A stretch of DNA of 32,456 bases from Clostridia bacterium (GCA_017408535.1 JAFQUL010000154.1:1-32456); one strand, 5' to 3'; positions 8,531-17,457 are shown, numbered from the stretch's first letter. Numbers and translations are program-made. The notes: generated from the sequence alone by a model not told the origin.

Positions 8531-9026
8531 ATCTCTGTTGGTTAATAATAATGATTTCTTTTCCTCGTTTGGCGGCGTAATCCAATGCTGTTTTTGTGCC
8601 GCTTTTATTAGCTGTTAAGCTTTTTTCATCGTAATAGAAAATACAGAAGCGGCTTTTGTCAATCATTTCATAATTGCGTTTAACATATACGCCTTTTCCT
8701 GCTCCAAGTGCCTTTTCGGGATAAAAGGTATCATCGTACAGATTCAGCAGATAAGATTTATAGTCATCTCTGATAATGGGAAATTCAGCCCGTACGTAAA
8801 TTCGTTTTATGTGTGGGTGTTTTTCTTTTATTTGGGTCACAAGCTCTAAACAGAAGGTGTCAAAACGGCTTCTGCTTCCGAAAAGAAAAGTGTTTATGCT
8901 TTTCTCTGTTATCAGCCGTTCTATGGAATCGAGTAATGCTTTCTTCAATTCTTCTGACTCATTGATCGTCCTATGACCGATAAAGCAACAGGTCTCTTGT
9001 ACTCTATTGTTTATTATCCTAATCAT
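8529..9026 (-). CDS. SLOG-superfamily protein (DUF1273 / YpsA-like)
   Basis: 165 aa. N-terminal CCFIGHR motif, FLFGSRSRFD glycine-rich loop and a late SGTKTALDYA segment fit the DUF1273/YpsA pattern. AT-rich (38% GC on a spot-counted line). The SD GAGGAG abuts the ATG, which is suboptimal spacing. Confidence 0.7.
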   Translation of the reverse strand: MIRIINNRVQETCCFIGHRTINESEELKKALLDSIERLITEKSINTFLFGSRSRFDTFCLELVTQIKEKHPHIKRIYVRAEFPIIRDDYKSYLLNLYDDTFYPEKALGAGKGVYVKRNYEMIDKSRFCIFYYDEKSLTANKSGTKTALDYAAKRGKEIIIINQQR

Positions 9027-9126
9027 CTCCTCAAATAATTTAGATATACTGTGTATCTGTTTATGACATTATAGCACATAACGAATCTAAAATAAATATA
9101 TGATATATTTGTTTTGGGGTGACAAT

Positions 9127-9327
9127 ATGGCTATTAAGAGTGTATCTATAAGAATTGAAGAAGAGATGCTGAACAAGATCTCTTATATTGCTGACTATGA
9201 GGGCAGAAGTGTGAACAGTCAGGTACTTGTTTTGATCAGACAAAATATCAAAGCCTTCGAGGAGGCTAACGGACCTATCGAGGGGGATATTACTCCTGCC
9301 TCTAACGTAAAGCCTACCCGTAAATAA
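9127..9327 (+). CDS. Ribbon-helix-helix (Arc/CopG-like) DNA-binding protein
   Basis: MAIKSVSIRIEEEMLNKISYIADYEGRSVNSQVLVLIRQNI has the beta-strand / helix / helix pattern of RHH repressors. I place the start at ATG 9127 (GGGGTG upstream) rather than at 9100. Confidence 0.65.
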   Translation: MAIKSVSIRIEEEMLNKISYIADYEGRSVNSQVLVLIRQNIKAFEEANGPIEGDITPASNVKPTRK

Positions 9328-9451
9328 TCCTACTGTGTTTTTCTAAGCCTGTTTTCAAAGCCTTTCTCATCATCCACCGGGTACGTCGGGGGAAGATTTC
9401 TGTTACGGCGGGAACTGTTCGCTGCCGACACTGCAGGCAGATTTCCGGTTA

Positions 9452-9501
9452 CAAAAACAAGGCGGTGGCCGAAAATGCGGCCGCCGCCTGAATTTGTTTT
9501 T
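9452..9501. terminator. Bidirectional Rho-independent terminator
   Basis: GC-rich stem GGCGGTGGCCG (9461-9471) / CGGCCGCCGCC (9478-9488) with one G-U pair, flanked by CAAAAACAA and TTTGTTTTT. It serves both the RHH gene and the convergent DUF4349-like gene. Confidence 0.85.
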
Positions 9502-9541
9502 ATATATTTTATTCTTTTTTTGAAGGATAACTTACATAGCT

Positions 9542-10591
9542 TTATTTATTATCAGTATGTGCACTTATCATTTTCTTTGCACGCTTCTTTTTGCCGTGCT
9601 TTACTGCGGCAACTATGATTATGACGATAAGAGCAACAGCACCGAAGGGAAGAAGAACGGGCAGAGAAGCAACGATGACGATAACTGCGTTCTCAAAGAA
9701 TGCTACCACACCCTTCCAGGATGCGTTAAGTGCACTTGATATTCTCTCGCCGAAGGTAGCGTTTACCGGAGGCGTCTCAACTATCTCGGCGACCTCGGTA
9801 ATGCTTACGGTGACGGTGGAATAGGAGATAAGGGAGTCGTATTTCTTGAGAGTACCGGTGAGGTTTTCGATCTGATACATCGTCTCCTCAAGCGCGTTGT
9901 TAAGTGAAATGATATCGTCGATATACTTTGCCTCTGAGAGCAGAGCAAGAAGTCTGTCCTGCTTTGTCTTGAGGGTAGAGAGACGGGCTTCAATATCAAA
10001 ATACTCGTCGGTTATGTCTCTGTTGTTGTCAGAGCGGTCTACCACCGTACCCACAGAGGAGGTCTCGCTTATCATATCAAAATAGTTCTTGGCAGGTATT
10101 CTGATGGTGTAATTTGCGCTTCTGGTGCGGTATTTGCTCTCGTCACCGCTGTATACTCTTGAGGATTCCACGTATCCGCCGAACTTTGCGATAAGGGCAT
10201 CAAGCTTGGCACAGGACTCGGTAAAATTCTTGGTGTTTATCGAAAATGAAGATGAGAAGATCACCTTACGTCCGCCTGTGTCCGGGAGGCTCGAGTCAGT
10301 TGTACCGGAAGTACCGGTGGAGGTATTTACGTCATCAAATACACCCTCATAATCATAGTCAAGCTCAGGCTCGTACTTTTCTGAAGGTGCCATATTGTCA
10401 GCGCTTACCGACTCCTCGGAGTATCCTCCGCCAAAGTATCTGTCTGTTGCCTTATGGCTTGTAGCACTGCAGGATGCAAGGGACAGGACGAATATTACTA
10501 AAAGAACAACCGATATTATTTTTCTTGTTTTCATTAAAAAAGACCGCCTTTCTTTCTTCTTTTGAAGAGTTAGACGGTCATTTTTATTCAT
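9542..10591 (-). CDS. DUF4349-like lipoprotein with a C-terminal membrane anchor
   Basis: Lipobox VLSLASC, a coiled-coil-like central part (DEYFDIEARLSTLKTKQDRLLALL), and a C-terminal hydrophobic helix followed by KHGKKKRAKK. The true start may be the internal MKTRKI at 10534. Confidence 0.7.
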   Translation of the reverse strand: MNKNDRLTLQKKKERRSFLMKTRKIISVVLLVIFVLSLASCSATSHKATDRYFGGGYSEESVSADNMAPSEKYEPELDYDYEGVFDDVNTSTGTSGTTDSSLPDTGGRKVIFSSSFSINTKNFTESCAKLDALIAKFGGYVESSRVYSGDESKYRTRSANYTIRIPAKNYFDMISETSSVGTVVDRSDNNRDITDEYFDIEARLSTLKTKQDRLLALLSEAKYIDDIISLNNALEETMYQIENLTGTLKKYDSLISYSTVTVSITEVAEIVETPPVNATFGERISSALNASWKGVVAFFENAVIVIVASLPVLLPFGAVALIVIIIVAAVKHGKKKRAKKMISAHTDNK

Positions 10592-10621
10592 TTGTTCCCG
10601 CAGATCAAAAAAATCCGAAAA

Positions 10622-11764
10622 TTATTTTTCTTCCCAGCCGGATTTCTCCATCTCTTTGTGGATCTTTTCCTCTGCTTCCTTATAGCTTGCAAATCCGTTG
10701 CCGGTTGCTCTTGTGTCAGAGTTTTCAAGTCCGGTCAGAGAACGTGTGACGGGATTTTTAAGAAGTTTGAATATAATGAAGAATATTATTAAAGTAACTA
10801 TTACCACAAAACCCGCTCTGTAGAGATTCTCGTCGGTAAAGAGTATTGCCGAGATGCCGAGAATACCGCATATTGCGTAGAGGATACGCACGCTCTGCTT
10901 GTGTCCGAAGCCCATATCCACCAGCTTGTGGTGAAGATGGCCGCGGTCAGCGGAGAAGGGACTCTTGCCGTGTAAGATGCGGCGGGTGAATGCCAGTACA
11001 GTGTCAAAAAGAGGAAGTCCGAATATCGAAAGAGGAATGATAAAGGACAAGACTGCGTGGAGCTTGAATATTCCGCTTATTGACAGTATCGAGAAGGTAT
11101 AGCCCAAGAACAGTGCACCGGCGTCACCCATAAATATTTTTGCGGGGTTTGCGTTAAATGGGAAGAAGCCGAGGCAGGTGCCTGCTACTATTGCAGTCAG
11201 AAGTGCGTACTGAGGCTCTGCAAAAAGCAGTGTGACAGTAAAGAGAGATATCGAGCAGATAGCGGATACGCCGCAGGCAAGTCCGTCAAGACCGTCAATG
11301 AGGTTTATCGCATTGGTCAGACCGACTATCCACAGCACGGTTATCGGAATTGCCAGATACCCCAGCTCAACGTGTATACCGAAGAAGTTGATATGCCGTA
11401 TAACAATATCCTGTGAGATAGCTATGCCGGCTGCGGCTATCTGCACCAGCAGCTTCAGCCACGCATTTATACCGCGGCAATCGTCAAGGATACCGATGAG
11501 GACCAGAAGTCCTCCGCCCGCCCAGATAGCGATCATTGTATTGTTTACGGGACAGAACACCACAGTAGTCAAAAGGAATGCAATAAATATGGCAAGTCCG
11601 CCGATCCTGGGTGTGGGCTTCTTGTGCATACGGCGGTTGTCCTTTGGAACGTCGATAGCACCGATCTTATATGCAAGCACACGGACTATAGGGGTAAGAG
11701 TAAATGTCAGAAGTCCGGCGCAGAGAACGGCGGCTATCCCGAATATCAAGCTTTGGTAAGCCAT
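10622..11764 (-). CDS. Glycosyltransferase family 4 polyprenyl-phosphate GlcNAc-1-P transferase (WecA/TagO/MraY family)
   Basis: Multi-pass membrane protein with the NAINLIDGLDGLA motif and the cytoplasmic loop FDTVLAFTRRILHGKSPFSADRGHLHH. 380 aa. Confidence 0.9.
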   Translation of the reverse strand: MAYQSLIFGIAAVLCAGLLTFTLTPIVRVLAYKIGAIDVPKDNRRMHKKPTPRIGGLAIFIAFLLTTVVFCPVNNTMIAIWAGGGLLVLIGILDDCRGINAWLKLLVQIAAAGIAISQDIVIRHINFFGIHVELGYLAIPITVLWIVGLTNAINLIDGLDGLACGVSAICSISLFTVTLLFAEPQYALLTAIVAGTCLGFFPFNANPAKIFMGDAGALFLGYTFSILSISGIFKLHAVLSFIIPLSIFGLPLFDTVLAFTRRILHGKSPFSADRGHLHHKLVDMGFGHKQSVRILYAICGILGISAILFTDENLYRAGFVVIVTLIIFFIIFKLLKNPVTRSLTGLENSDTRATGNGFASYKEAEEKIHKEMEKSGWEEK

Positions 11765-11776
11765 TTTTTCGTCTCC

Positions 11777-12772
11777 TTAAATAACGAATCCAACCTTGCG
11801 TTTTACTTTTGATAATGTTTTGCGTGCACAGTAGGATGCTTCCTCTGCACCCTGCTTCATAACAGATTCAAGATATGCCTTGTCAGAGGAAAGCTCAGCA
11901 AATTTTGCCTGGACGGGAGCAAGTGCATCAGCACACGCTTCACCGACTGCTTCCTTGAACTGACCGTAGCCCATGCCCGCAAACTCACGCTCGATCTCGG
12001 GGATGGACTTGTCGGTAAATGCACTGTATATGGTGATAAGATTGTTTATACCGTCCTTACCGTCAGCGAACTTGATCTCAGAGCCGCTGTCGGTTACCGC
12101 TCTCTTGAATTTACGCATAATAGCGTCCTTTGAGTCAAGGATGCGGACTACCGCATTCTCATTTTCATCGGATTTGCTCATCTTCTTCTCCGGCTCGGCA
12201 AGAGACATTATCTTCTTTCCGGTCTCGGGGATATAGGGTTCAGGAACAACGAAGGTATCGCTGTATACGGAGTTGAAGCGCATTGCAATGTCACGTGCAA
12301 GCTCAACGTGCTGCTTCTGGTCAACACCTACCGGAACAAGCTCTGTCTGATACAGGAGTATGTCCGCCGCCATAAGAACGGGATAGGTAAAGAGACCTGC
12401 GTTGATGTTCTGTGCGTTTTTCGCACTCTTGTCCTTGAACTGAGTCATTCTTGACAGCTCACCGAACATAGTGTAGCAGTCCAGCATCCAGCCCAGCTCT
12501 GCGTGAGCAGGAACGTGGCTCTGAACGAATACAGTGTTCTTCTGAGGATCAAGACCGCAGGCAAGATAAAGCGCCAGGGTCTCATAGGTGCGGCGGCGAA
12601 GCTCTGCGGGGTTCTGTCTTACAGTGATGGCATGAAGGTCCACTACACAGTAGAAGCACTTGTATTCATCAGAGAACTTACCGAAGTTGCGGATCGCGCC
12701 GAGATAGTTACCGATAGTAAGGTTTCCCGAGGGCTGTACACCCGAGAATATTACTTTCTTGTCGTTAAACAT
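11777..12772 (-). CDS. trpS: Tryptophan--tRNA ligase
   Basis: GVQPSGNLTIGNYLGA (HIGH-equivalent) and KMSKS motifs. 331 aa. Confidence 0.95.
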   Translation of the reverse strand: MFNDKKVIFSGVQPSGNLTIGNYLGAIRNFGKFSDEYKCFYCVVDLHAITVRQNPAELRRRTYETLALYLACGLDPQKNTVFVQSHVPAHAELGWMLDCYTMFGELSRMTQFKDKSAKNAQNINAGLFTYPVLMAADILLYQTELVPVGVDQKQHVELARDIAMRFNSVYSDTFVVPEPYIPETGKKIMSLAEPEKKMSKSDENENAVVRILDSKDAIMRKFKRAVTDSGSEIKFADGKDGINNLITIYSAFTDKSIPEIEREFAGMGYGQFKEAVGEACADALAPVQAKFAELSSDKAYLESVMKQGAEEASYCARKTLSKVKRKVGFVI

Positions 12773-12827
12773 GATTAAAAGCTTTCCTTTATATTATATA
12801 TTGCGTATTATTGCCGTAAGTTATGTA

Positions 12828-14003
12828 TCAGAGACTGCGCTTAAGTGCCTTGATACCCTCTACGATCTGCTCCTCTGAGGGAGTAGCGTAGGTGATACGG
12901 AAGGAGTCGGAGGGAGCCTCGGTGTCAGCATTGAATGCAGTGCCGGGAACAACGGCTACCTTGTTGGCAAGAGCTCTCTTAACGTAGTCGGAGAGATCAA
13001 CACCCTCGGGAAGGGTACACCATACGAAGAGACCGCCCTCGGGACGGGTGAACTTGATGATTCCGCCAAGCTCGCTTTCAAGCGTGTCGAGCATAAGTCC
13101 GCACTTTCTGCGGTAGAGAGCACGGATGCCCTCAATGTGCTCATCAAGGTCATAGTCGGTGATAAATCTGTGGCAGAGCATCTGGAAGAATACGTTGGTG
13201 TGAACGTCTTCAACCTGCTTTGCGACTACCATCTTCTGAACAATGGCATCGGGAGCGCAAACGTAGCCCACACGCATACCTGCTGAAAGGATCTTTGAGA
13301 AGGAGGAGCAGTAGATAACGATTCCGTCCTCGTCAAAGGATTTGATGGTGGGAATCTCCTCTCCGGCAAAGCGAAGCTCGCCGTAGGGGTTATCCTCAAG
13401 AATAACGAGACCGTTCTTCTTTGCTATCTCGTATACCGCACGGCGCTTTGCCTCGGTGGTGGTGATGCCGGCGGGATTCTGGAAGGTGGGGATCAGGTAA
13501 AGGAGCTTTGCCTTGGGGTTAGCTTTTATAGCCGCCTCAAGAGCTTCTACGTTGATGCCGTCATCCTCAAGGGGAACGCCGACGGTGTTCACACCGTTGG
13601 AACGGAATGCGTTGAGAGCACCGATGAAGGAGGGGTTCTCAACGAGAACGGTGTCCCCCTCGTTGCACAGTACCTTGCAGGCAAGCTCAATGCCCTGCTG
13701 ACCGCCGGTCACAACGATGGTATTGTCAAAGTCACGGCCAATGCCGAACTTGTTTTTAAGTCTCGCTTTGATATCCTCTCTGAGTGCGGGATACCCCTCG
13801 GTGATTCCGTACTGAAGTGCGGTGATCGCCTCGTTTGCAAAAATGTCTGCGGATATCTTTGCCATAGCCTCGGTAGGGAAGGACTCGGGAGCGGGGTTGC
13901 CTGCCGCAAAGGAGATTATACTGGGATCGGACAGGCTCTTGAATATCTCTCTTATAGCGGAAGGCTTAAGAGAACGCATTTTATCAGAAATATTATACTC
14001 CAT
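12828..14003 (-). CDS. Class I/II PLP-dependent aminotransferase
   Basis: LKPSAIREIF N-terminal motif, TFQNPAG, and SSFSK (PLP lysine). 391 aa. Substrate not inferable from sequence. Confidence 0.85.
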   Translation of the reverse strand: MEYNISDKMRSLKPSAIREIFKSLSDPSIISFAAGNPAPESFPTEAMAKISADIFANEAITALQYGITEGYPALREDIKARLKNKFGIGRDFDNTIVVTGGQQGIELACKVLCNEGDTVLVENPSFIGALNAFRSNGVNTVGVPLEDDGINVEALEAAIKANPKAKLLYLIPTFQNPAGITTTEAKRRAVYEIAKKNGLVILEDNPYGELRFAGEEIPTIKSFDEDGIVIYCSSFSKILSAGMRVGYVCAPDAIVQKMVVAKQVEDVHTNVFFQMLCHRFITDYDLDEHIEGIRALYRRKCGLMLDTLESELGGIIKFTRPEGGLFVWCTLPEGVDLSDYVKRALANKVAVVPGTAFNADTEAPSDSFRITYATPSEEQIVEGIKALKRSL

Positions 14004-14044
14004 TTTTCTTATTCATCTCCGAAAATAAATAGTAATACCTACTC

Positions 14045-14073
14045 ATTCTACCACAATTTACAGCAAAATACAA
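14045..14073 (-). promoter_or_regulatory. Candidate sigma-A promoter of the aminotransferase-trpS-GT4-DUF4349 operon
   Basis: On the minus strand: -35 TTGTAT (rc of 14068-14073), 17-nt spacer, extended -10 TGgTAGAAT (rc of 14045-14053). Confidence 0.45.
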
Positions 14074-14289
14074 TACCTACGGCGGCAAAGGACGGTTTTT
14101 TTCTTCATTTATATTATATATATACTCTATTACGGAATAATTCTTTATAACCACACCGGGAATTGCGGAAACGGTATCGAGAGGGGGGAAAGAAAGGCAT
14201 AAAAAGTGTTGTGCAATATATACAATGAATAATGCGAAAAATCAGCATATTTTCTACATAAATCTTTTGGTCGAAATACTCAAAAACAC

Positions 14290-14318
14290 TTGAAATACAG
14301 GAAAATGTGTGATAAAAT
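14290..14318 (+). promoter_or_regulatory. Near-consensus sigma-A promoter of the S10 ribosomal protein cluster
   Basis: -35 TTGAAA (14290-14295), 17-nt spacer, extended -10 TGaTAAAAT (14310-14318), preceded by an AT-rich UP-like tract. Confidence 0.7.
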
Positions 14319-14598
14319 AGTAGAGCTTGATATGCGTAGAAGCGGAAGGTGGCCGCCTTTGAGCGGGGAATTTCCGTGGAGTATGTCCGATATTTTAACC
14401 GGGCGACACAAGATAAGTACTCGACTTATGACTTCCCGGGGTTTCTGCGGATTTATGCTGGATCTGCGGAATCCGGATTTTTATAAGGGAACGCACGAAA
14501 CGCGCGGAACGGTGTACAAGGTGTCCCGCCCCCTAATATCAAGCGCGTCCGTACCTTATATAGGGCGGACGAAGAAATCAGAACAGGAGGCAAAACAC
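14319..14598 (+). promoter_or_regulatory. Long structured 5' leader of rpsJ (candidate ribosomal-protein autoregulatory leader)
   Basis: About 280 nt lie between the predicted promoter and the rpsJ ATG. It contains a nested hairpin CCGGG(14399-14403)/CCCGG(14435-14439) enclosing ATAAGT(14413-14418)/ACTTAT(14424-14429). It also has a hairpin plus U-run at 14458-14482, and hairpin CGTCCG(14546-14551)/CGGACG(14566-14571) just before the SD. Confidence 0.5.
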
Positions 14599-14910
14599 AT
14601 GGCAGTCAAGGAGAAAATCAGAGTTAGACTTAAGAGCTACGATCACACCTTGATCGACGCTGCAGCAGCTAAGATAGTTGACGCAGCTAAGAGAAACGGT
14701 GCGACTGTATCCGGTCCTATTCCGCTCCCCACTGAGAAGGAGATCATCACCATTCTTCGTGCGGTGCACAAGTATAAGGACAGCCGCGAGCAGTTCGAGA
14801 CTCGTACTCACAAGCGTCTGATCGACATCATCAAGCCTTCCCAGAAAGTCGTTGAGGCTCTCATGGGACTTGAGATCCCCGCCGGCGTTGATATGGAAGT
14901 TAAGCTTTAA
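14599..14910 (+). CDS. rpsJ: 30S ribosomal protein S10
   Basis: [16 protein letters not shown]..., 103 aa, AGGAGG SD. First gene of the canonical S10 order. The track ORF from 14290 is an in-frame read-through of the leader. Confidence 0.97.
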   Translation: MAVKEKIRVRLKSYDHTLIDAAAAKIVDAAKRNGATVSGPIPLPTEKEIITILRAVHKYKDSREQFETRTHKRLIDIIKPSQKVVEALMGLEIPAGVDMEVKL

Positions 14911-15026
14911 TATCACAGCGGCAAGCAATTGATCTAAACCGAAGGTTCGGTTCCGATCGGTCAAGTTGGCGTAATCGGTTCTCCGATAATTCACATACGT
15001 CAACCAATAACCAATAGGAGGAAAAA

Positions 15027-15656
15027 ATGAAAAAAGGCATCATCGGTAAGAAGATCGGTATGACACAGATTTTCGACGAAGTCGGAAACGTCATCCCGGT
15101 TACCGTCATTGAAGCCGGCCCCTGCGTAGTAGCGCAGAAGAAGACCGTTGAGAGCGATGGCTACGACGCGGTTCAGCTCGGTTTCATGGACACAAAGGAA
15201 AAGAACATTTCCAAGGCAGAGAACGGCCACTTTAAGAAAGCAGGCATTACTGCAAAGAGACACCTTAAGGAGTTCCGTCTTGAGGACATCTCCGGAGTTA
15301 ACGTAGGCGACATCATATCTGTCGAAACCTTCGCCGCAGGCGAGAAGGTCGACGTTACCGGTATGACTAAGGGCCACGGCTACACCGGTGCGATCAAGAG
15401 ATGGAATCTTCACAAGCTTCCGGCTACTCACGGTGTCGGACCCATCCATCGTCAGTCAGGTTCTATGGGCGTTATCGACCCTGCGAGAATCTTCAAGAAC
15501 AAGAAGATGGCAGGACAGTACGGTAACGAACAGGTAACCGTTCTCAACTTAGATGTAGTAAAGATTGACGCGGAGAAGAACATTATCGCTATCAAGGGCG
15601 CTGTTCCCGGTGCTCGCGGCGGTATCGTATTCATTCGCGACAGTGTAAAAGCATAA
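15027..15656 (+). CDS. rplC: 50S ribosomal protein L3
   Basis: [18 protein letters not shown]..., 209 aa, position after rpsJ. Confidence 0.97.
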   Translation: MKKGIIGKKIGMTQIFDEVGNVIPVTVIEAGPCVVAQKKTVESDGYDAVQLGFMDTKEKNISKAENGHFKKAGITAKRHLKEFRLEDISGVNVGDIISVETFAAGEKVDVTGMTKGHGYTGAIKRWNLHKLPATHGVGPIHRQSGSMGVIDPARIFKNKKMAGQYGNEQVTVLNLDVVKIDAEKNIIAIKGAVPGARGGIVFIRDSVKA

Positions 15657-15674
15657 GCGGGAGGAGGAAAGACA

Positions 15675-16298
15675 ATGCCTAATTTGAAAGTTCTTGATAT
15701 GAATGGCAAAGAGGTTGGCGACATCACTTTGTCTGATAAAGTATTCGGCGCAGAGATCAACGGTGCAGTCCTCCACGCAGCTGTAAGAGCATATTTGATG
15801 AACCAGAGACAGGGTACTCAGTCCACACTGACCCGTACCGAGGTTTCCGGCGGCGGTAAGAAGCCCTGGAGACAGAAGGGTACCGGCCGTGCAAGACAGG
15901 GTAGCACCCGTGCTCCTCAGTGGACACACGGTGGCGTAGCTCTCGGTCCTAAGCCCCGCAGCTACCGTACCGAGCTTACTAAGAAGACTCGCCGCGTTGC
16001 AATGTTCAGCGCTCTTTCTTCCAAGGTTGCTGCAGGCGATATGATCGTTCTCGACAGCATTAAGACTGAGGAATACAAGACCAAGACCATGGTTAAGATG
16101 CTTGAGGCGGTTGGCGCAGCAGGCAAGGCTCTCGTAGTTCTTGCTGATAACGACAACAAGGTCGTTCGCAGCTTCTCCAACATTCCCGGAGTAGTTACCG
16201 CTCAGTACAATACCATAAACGTATACGATATTCTTAACTGCAACAAGCTCATCATCGTTCGCTCCGCAGCAGAAAAAATCGAGGAGGTTTACGCATAA
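15675..16298 (+). CDS. rplD: 50S ribosomal protein L4
   Basis: 207 aa with GGGKKPWRQKGTGRARQGS motif. Confidence 0.97.
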   Translation: MPNLKVLDMNGKEVGDITLSDKVFGAEINGAVLHAAVRAYLMNQRQGTQSTLTRTEVSGGGKKPWRQKGTGRARQGSTRAPQWTHGGVALGPKPRSYRTELTKKTRRVAMFSALSSKVAAGDMIVLDSIKTEEYKTKTMVKMLEAVGAAGKALVVLADNDNKVVRSFSNIPGVVTAQYNTINVYDILNCNKLIIVRSAAEKIEEVYA

Positions 16299-16591
16299 TG
16301 AGAACAGCACAGGATATTATCATCGCTCCGGTTATCACCGAGGCGAGTATGGATATGGCGGCTAGCAAGAAGTACGGATTCAAGGTGCTTCGCTCTGCAA
16401 CCAAGCCCGAGATCGCAGCTGCAGTTGAGCAGCTCTTCAAGGTAGAGGTTGCTTCCGTAAATACCATTAACATGAAAAGAAAACCGAAGAGACTCAGATA
16501 CCAGGCAGGCTACACTGCAGCTTGGAAAAAGGCGATCGTTACTCTTACCTCGTCTTCTAAGACCATCGAGTTCTTTGACGGTATGAACTAA
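16298..16591 (+). CDS. rplW: 50S ribosomal protein L23
   Basis: 97 aa with PVITEAS and FKV motifs. TAATG overlap with rplD. Confidence 0.96.
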   Translation: MRTAQDIIIAPVITEASMDMAASKKYGFKVLRSATKPEIAAAVEQLFKVEVASVNTINMKRKPKRLRYQAGYTAAWKKAIVTLTSSSKTIEFFDGMN

Positions 16592-16609
16592 GTCGGGAGG
16601 GAAAGATAA

Positions 16610-17443
16610 ATGCCTACTATTAAGTATAAACCGACTACTCCGGCAAGACGTAATATGACTGTACCCAGCTTCGACGAGGTTACTAAGTTTAGCCCTGAGA
16701 AGAGTCTTATTGAGATCAAGAAGAAGCATGCCGGACGTAATAGCTACGGTAGAATAACCGTTCGTCACAGAGGTGGCGGAAACAAGCAGAAGTACAGAAT
16801 CATCGACTTCAAGAGAAATACTAATGAGGGACCTGCAACCGTTCTTGGTATCGAGTACGATCCTAACAGAACCGCTTACATCGCCCTTCTTCAGTATGAG
16901 AACGGCGCTAAGAGCTACATCATCGCTCCCGTCGGTCTTAAGGACGGAGACGTAGTTTACTCCTCTTCTGAAGCTGATATCAAGCCCGGTAACGCTCTCC
17001 CCATAGAGAACATCCCGGTCGGTACTTTCATTTATAACATTGAGCTTTATCCCGGTAAGGGCGGACAGCTTGTTCGTTCCGCAGGATGCGCAGCTCAGCT
17101 TATGGCAAAAGAAAACGGACAGGCTCAGGTACGTCTTCCTTCGGGAGAAGTTCGTATAGTAAGACTTGACTGCAAGGCTACTATCGGACAGATCGGCAAC
17201 ATTGAGCATGATACGGTTAAAATCGGTAAGGCTGGTAAGACCAGACATCGCGGTATTCGTCCTACCGTTCGCGGTTCTGTAATGAACCCCTGCGATCACC
17301 CCCACGGTGGTGGTGAGGGACGTTCTCCCATCGGCCGTCCTTCTCCTGTAACTCCTTGGGGCAAGCCTGCTCTGGGTTATAAGACCAGAAAGAAGAAGAG
17401 CCGCACCGAAAAAATGATCGTAAAGCACAGAAACAGTAAATAA
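16610..17443 (+). CDS. rplB: 50S ribosomal protein L2
   Basis: 277 aa with [13 protein letters not shown] motif. Confidence 0.98.
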   Translation: MPTIKYKPTTPARRNMTVPSFDEVTKFSPEKSLIEIKKKHAGRNSYGRITVRHRGGGNKQKYRIIDFKRNTNEGPATVLGIEYDPNRTAYIALLQYENGAKSYIIAPVGLKDGDVVYSSSEADIKPGNALPIENIPVGTFIYNIELYPGKGGQLVRSAGCAAQLMAKENGQAQVRLPSGEVRIVRLDCKATIGQIGNIEHDTVKIGKAGKTRHRGIRPTVRGSVMNPCDHPHGGGEGRSPIGRPSPVTPWGKPALGYKTRKKKSRTEKMIVKHRNSK

Positions 17444-17457
17444 GGAGGAAGCACCAA

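Noticed and set aside
9324-9491. GC-rich stretch after the RHH gene with a 55-codon open frame containing CRHC, ending at TGA 9489-9491.
   Set aside because: The frame contains no ATG, GTG or TTG start codon and has no SD. Its end coincides with the terminator stem. It is most likely a 3' UTR or a degraded remnant, which cannot be resolved without homology searches.
12773-14290. Looked for a T-box riboswitch or other leader upstream of trpS and the aminotransferase.
   Set aside because: Spacers of 55 nt and about 40 nt are too short. No T-box consensus is visible on either strand.
14290-14598. The ORF-track entry 14290-14910 would add 103 in-frame residues to the N-terminus of S10.
   Set aside because: The 5' part overlaps the promoter hexamers and has no SD at TTG 14290 or at ATG 14305/14332. 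It encodes no recognisable sequence. A perfect AGGAGG precedes ATG 14599, which yields a standard 103-aa S10. The open frame is treated as chance within a structured leader.
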